Below are positions 59,640 through 64,000 of a DNA stretch of 64,000 bases, piece by piece. Origin of the DNA: an uncultured delta proteobacterium. Lineage in GTDB: Bacteria; Desulfobacterota; Binatia; Binatales; Binataceae. Each line of letters opens with the position of its first letter. Position 1 is the first letter of the stretch. The stretch covers positions 192,001 to 256,000 of the forward strand of contig CAWCDG010000002.1 in NCBI GenBank assembly GCA_963794325.1. The letters are read 5' to 3'. Below the pieces are notes generated by a model that did not search any database, was not told the DNA's origin, and saw only the letters and a program-made list of their open reading frames with translations. The translations under genes and the position numbers were made by a program.

Positions 59640-59668
59640 AATCTAACAAGACTCAAGATTTACGTCAA
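59640..59668 (-). promoter_or_regulatory. Sigma70-type promoter facing the TadG-like gene
   Basis: Minus strand TTGACG-17 nt-TAGATT with an extended TG. Confidence 0.6.
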
Positions 59669-59842
59669 GAATCAATCGTAGCAGGTATGCTACTTTGAGT
59701 AGTAGAAGATGCCAAGCTTGTAGGATACCGGGAGGCTGGTCGAAGTAGTCAGTCTAATACTGAAGTCCGAATGCCCGCAAAGGGGCGGACCCAGGCCCGC
59801 CCCTCGCGCGCTTCTGCTTCTGAACCCGCTCGCGGCCGGCTG

Positions 59843-60801
59843 CTAGCTCCGGCAGAACGCTTTGATGGCATCCTGCAGGTCGTCCACGCTTGGATACCCC
59901 AAGTCATGGGATGCCTTCTTGATGCCTCCGTCCGTGGTGGCCAGGTAGGACACACACTTGCCGTGACAGTTCGGTTTTCCGGGGATCGCATCGGTAGCAC
60001 CGAAACAGCCGGGCAGGGGGAGTGAGATATCTTCACACTGGTCAGGTGCTACACCCTGATTCGCGATCAGAGTCCCGGCGAAGGTCGTTTGGGTGAAGCT
60101 GTCAAAGTCGGTTTGAAAGAACAGCGAGATTCCATCGGTCTCAACGCCGGTGGATGACATGGCACCCGGGACAACAATCGTCGTGGCGGGAATCACGGCA
60201 CCCGTCGAGGGATTGTATTGGTCGTAAACGGGGATACCGTCGCCTTCGTTGATCAGGAAGTTGCCGTTCGGCAGGATGTTGAAGCCATCAGAATCTGTCG
60301 CGGCCGGCGCGGAAATACTGATGGGGCCGCTCACGATCGCCCCGGTAGACGGATTGAGTCCAAAGACTTCCGGTGTATCGTAGGGATAGCCCGTCAATAC
60401 GTAGAGCACACCACTTCGGAAAGCGATATCCTGAATCCCGAAGCCCGGCCGAGGGTTGGGTAGGGTCCCGATGTCTGCGCCTCCAGCCCCGCCGTTAAAC
60501 GGCGCGATTCGGATAAAATCCGTCGCTCCAAACTGATCGGTTAGCTCCGTGTAGTAAACTCTGTTGCCGATGATCTCGATGCCGCGGCCATTTTGTTCGT
60601 CGAAGGCGCCGGTCGGAACGAAGGAGCCTACGACTGCGCCGCCGTTGAAGTCGTAGGTGGTAATCGGTCCGCCGCCGTTCAGCGCTGCATTGTTGCACGT
60701 GATTAGGGGTTGCGCCTGTGCCGTGGCGGCCCAGAGTGCCACGATGAGGGTGAACGCCATCGCGAGCAGACCACTCGCTTTCAATGCGAATTCCGTTTCA
60801 T
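59843..60801 (-). CDS. Secreted beta-propeller-like protein with a small Cys-containing C-terminal domain (probable frameshift near start)
   Basis: Signal peptide; ATG at 60801 with a GGAGGAG RBS is out of frame with the ORF body. Confidence 0.7.
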
Positions 60802-61103
60802 AACTCCTCCGACGTCTTTGAATTTCAAATTTGTAACTCGTATCACGCCCGTTGCTTGCCGGTATCAGTGGAGGTACCCGACATTGAAACGCCCCGGGGC
60901 AGATACTGACTGAATGAAAGCCTGCGACCAGTCAGTTCTACGAAGCGCTTTATCTCATCGGTCCGTCTGATAAGTCAAATCAAGCGGTGGTCTAGTTGGT
61001 TAACCTTTGATGATCCGAAGCAGAGTGCCTCGGCAATCGGGCCGGTCATAGCCACCAATGAATTCGTGCGGATCAGGTTTTGAGAAGGGACAGCGTACCG
61101 AAT

Positions 61104-61518
61104 CTACTGCGAGACGAGCATCTGCGAGCTGCTGGTCAAGGTCAGCGGGACGGCAGACATTAACGGAATCGTCTGAGTGTAGTTGTGGGTGATCGTCACC
61201 AGCGCATCCCGCTGCGTTGGAAGGGTCGCATCGGCTGGAAAAGAAACGCTGACTTCGGCCGTGCTCAGGAACGGCGCGTAGCTTACGGCTACGGCCTGAA
61301 TCTGCGCGGTGGTGGCCGGGTTCTGACTGGTAGAACTATGAACGATCGCGTAGCGGGCGGCTTCTCGCGCTGCATCGCTCACGGTGTTGTATCGATAGAC
61401 CACGATGCCCATTCCCATAATTGCGAAGAGCAACAACAAGAAGGTTGCAGCCACCACCGCAAACTCAGCCATCGCCTGTCCGGAAGACTTCCATCAGCAA
61501 GGAAAATCGCTCGTTCAT
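61104..61518 (-). CDS. TadE-family pseudopilin (frameshift near the 5' end)
   Basis: GQAMAEFAVV, AAREAARYA. Confidence 0.85.
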
Positions 61519-61992
61519 TATTGCTGAACCTGCATTATCGCTTGCCCGTCAGCGTGTACGACGAAGTGATTCCAGGATAATTCAAGATGGTATTATAGGT
61601 TGCAGAGGTATTGACCGTTACATAGGTCGCCGTCGGCGCGTGGGTGCAGTAGCTTGTAGCACACAGCGGAACCGTCTGCGGATTCGCCACAATACAGGTG
61701 CACTGCGATGCGGTCGGCGTGTTCCAATTGGAAATGTTCGCAGCATCAGCACTAGCCGCCGCCACCATGCCGGCCGAATTGGCCGCGTTGGTGACGCTTT
61801 GGGAGCCGAATTGTGCGCCCGCGCGAGCCGCGTTGTTGACGGCGACGCTGACGAAGAAGACCCGGGCGAAATCGGCGATCACGACCAGCAAGAGCAGCAG
61901 GACGGGCACGACGATCGCAAGCTCAACTGCGCTCTGGCCCGTTCCAAAGGCCAGCGTCTGCGATCTTTCATCTTTTCTGTCTGGAACCGCAC
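61518..61992 (-). CDS. TadE-family pseudopilin (frameshifts at both ends)
   Basis: GQSAVELAIVVPVL, AARAGAQFG. Confidence 0.8.
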
Positions 61993-61994
61993 CT

Positions 61995-63312
61995 CTATTG
62001 GTAAAGCCTGGCTGGTCGTGATCGGTGGTCCGCCTCCGAGTGCCGCTCCAGGGGCAGCCAGATACGAGCTGCCGCCGCTGATCGTTAATCTTCCAGGCGT
62101 CCAGAATCACATCCTGAGGGTTGGTCGAGCTCCCTCCCGAAAAAGTCAGCATCTGGGCTGTAGGGAAATAGAGCGCGCCCTGGAAGTTCCCGGAGCTGCC
62201 TCCGCTGATCGTGGCCTGCCGAGTGTTGGCCGGGTCCTGAAAGAAAAGAACACTTGGAATCCCACCGGCAGATGAATCGACTGGCGCAGTCATATTCGTG
62301 GTGCTGCTGCCGCTGATATCCATCTTACCGGTGCCGGTATTGTAGATGGTAACGCCGCTAGCGTTGACCGTCGAACCGCCGCTGACAGCTAAGCCCTTTG
62401 TTGCCGGTCAGGATATATAGTCCAGGATTAAGGTTGAGCGTGTGCGCCACCCGCGTCACGTTGATGCCGCCACAGTAAGTGCCCGGACCAATCGTCGCGG
62501 TCGTATTTCGGCGCAGTGTAGATTGGTCCTGATGTGCAAGTACCTGCTGGCGTCGGCTCCGCTGATTGCAGGTAGGCCAATGGATCCGGAGCTAGGCGCG
62601 ACTGCGGTCGGGGACAACTGGCTGTGCTCCCCCCGCAAGTCGGCGGTGCTCGACGCCGTCCCGTAGCTGTGCTGGAGACTAATCCGATCGACGATGCGGC
62701 GACTGGCGAGCCGCCGCTGACGTCCATTCCATCGCCGTTGGTGGACTCATCCAAAATACCGCAATTCGCGTTGATGACTGAGCCGCCGCTGACGTCAAGG
62801 TTTTCGAAACAGTTACCCGGATCTAATGATATACACGCAGTTGGGCGTGGGGGCATACCCAGCGACCGCTGTGGTGCTTACGCTCACCGTGTTGTAGCCG
62901 AGCGCGCGCAAAAAATATGTCGGCACGGGTTGCGTCACATCAGCTTCGACGTAAACTCCGGTGGCCGGGTTGGGCTTGGTCGCGGGGGTCTTAACCGTTA
63001 CGTCACGTTATTTGTGCCGCCGGTATAGCCGTTGAGAGTAGCGACATCCTGAGCGGCCGACGTGCAAACCGATTCACTCTCGCAAGTGCAACCTGAATTG
63101 GTGCCGCAAGTTGTTTCAAGTGCGTTAGCGCCGGCGACCGCCGCGGCATCCGCCGCCGTCTGCATGTTCCGTCGCGTCGCGTAGAGAGAGCCGACATCGA
63201 CTGCCAATGCGGCCATCCCGATGATTAAGAGCATCGCGCCGGCAGCCAGTACCATGACCTGCCCTGATTCGGACTTCCGGTATGCTCGACATTTTTTTTC
63301 CCGCGAAATCAC
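61995..63312 (-). pseudogene. TadG-like protein broken by several frameshifts (sequencing error or pseudogene)
   Basis: ESGQVMVL..LAVDVG..MQTAADAAAVAGA; PDPLAYL; VLFFQD..GALYFP fragments fall in different frames. Confidence 0.75.
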
Positions 63313-63660
63313 TTACGGTTGAAAAATGCGCGCTGTTGAGAACTGACCGGAAACCGCGTCTGAGTTTTCTCAAGTTCCGCGATCGGTTCTCGACAACACC
63401 CATCTTTGAGTTTCGAAGCCAATCCGCCAGTCACACTTCGACGCCTTGGCGTTATTGCGGTTTTACTCGTCTCAAGACGAATACTGGACGGTATAACTAG
63501 CATTTCTCGCTTCTGACAGGCAACCGTCATACCTACAAATTAGTCAATATTTCCTACCATTAGTAGGTGAATATTCGCCGATTGATGGGAAAACAGTGGG
63601 GTGAATGACGCAGGGCCGGTCTCGTGGACCGGCATGCGCAATACAGCGCGTCTGTGGTCG

Positions 63661-64000
63661 TTATTCTGCCAGTGCCGATCCCAGTTTGACTACGCCGCCA
63701 TCGGCGAGCGAGGAGAAGTCGGTGTTTACCGTCAAGTTGGTAGTGATTTGAAGCTTCTCGGCGATGAAATAGTTGTATGCGCCGCCCGTCCCGCCGAAGC
63801 CAAGTATGCTTGGCTCGAAGTAAAACGTCCCGGTGTAGGTTCCGCCGTAGATGAGATTCTGCGCGCACGCACCTAGCGTGCGGTCTTGAAAGAAAAGGAT
63901 TCCTTCCGCGGCTGAGGGCCCGCCAGTGGTCGGCGCGGAGAGCGACGAACCCGAAGTAGCGAAGTATACGGATCGGGCTAAAAGAAGCTGAAGTTCCGGT
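63661..64000 (-). CDS. 3' end of another TadG-like protein
   Basis: Manual translation ..LSAPTTGG..GILFFQDRT..TGTFYFEPS..SALAE*, similar to the C-terminal part of 61995-63312. Confidence 0.7.
   Translation of the reverse strand, partial: PELQLLLARSVYFATSGSSLSAPTTGGPSAAEGILFFQDRTLGACAQNLIYGGTYTGTFYFEPSILGFGGTGGAYNYFIAEKLQITTNLTVNTDFSSLADGGVVKLGSALAE

Overview
GC-rich bacterial chromosomal window; the gene repertoire suggests a Binatota/deltaproteobacterium-like organism (inference only). Left to right: (1) end of the dcw cluster (murB, divergent ftsQ-like, ftsA, ftsZ), an orphan antitoxin and GTP-type PEP carboxykinase; (2) a TetR-led operon of three ferritin-like diiron-type proteins plus two small paralogous proteins; (3) an F420-type oxidoreductase/MFS pair bracketed by 25-bp inverted repeats, SDR/TetR, orphan higA, a parS-like palindrome, JAB protease, panE and a DHOD-like gene; (4) tRNA-Glu(TTC) followed by a ~7-kb integrase-less islet ending in a 14-bp duplicate of the tRNA 3' end, carrying a 1018-aa secreted repeat protein, two PD-(D/E)XK-like nucleases and a C-protein-like regulator with a C-box; (5) a Zn/Mn ABC uptake cluster; (6) cyclic beta-1,2-glucan synthase and a partly duplicated stress-gene patch; (7) the main finding, a lasso-peptide cluster with a 56-aa precursor missing from the ORF track (54020-54190, predicted core SGGTVNSPDGTNTMMSSICL), B1, B2, cyclase, HPr-like kinase, nucleotidyltransferase and a PRMT-fold methyltransferase lacking the arginine-binding residues, interrupted by three tandem secreted beta-helix paralogs with repeated upstream motifs; (8) Tad pseudopilin genes. 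Many single-base frameshifts are present and are most simply sequencing indels. All family assignments come from motif recognition by eye; no database searches were run.
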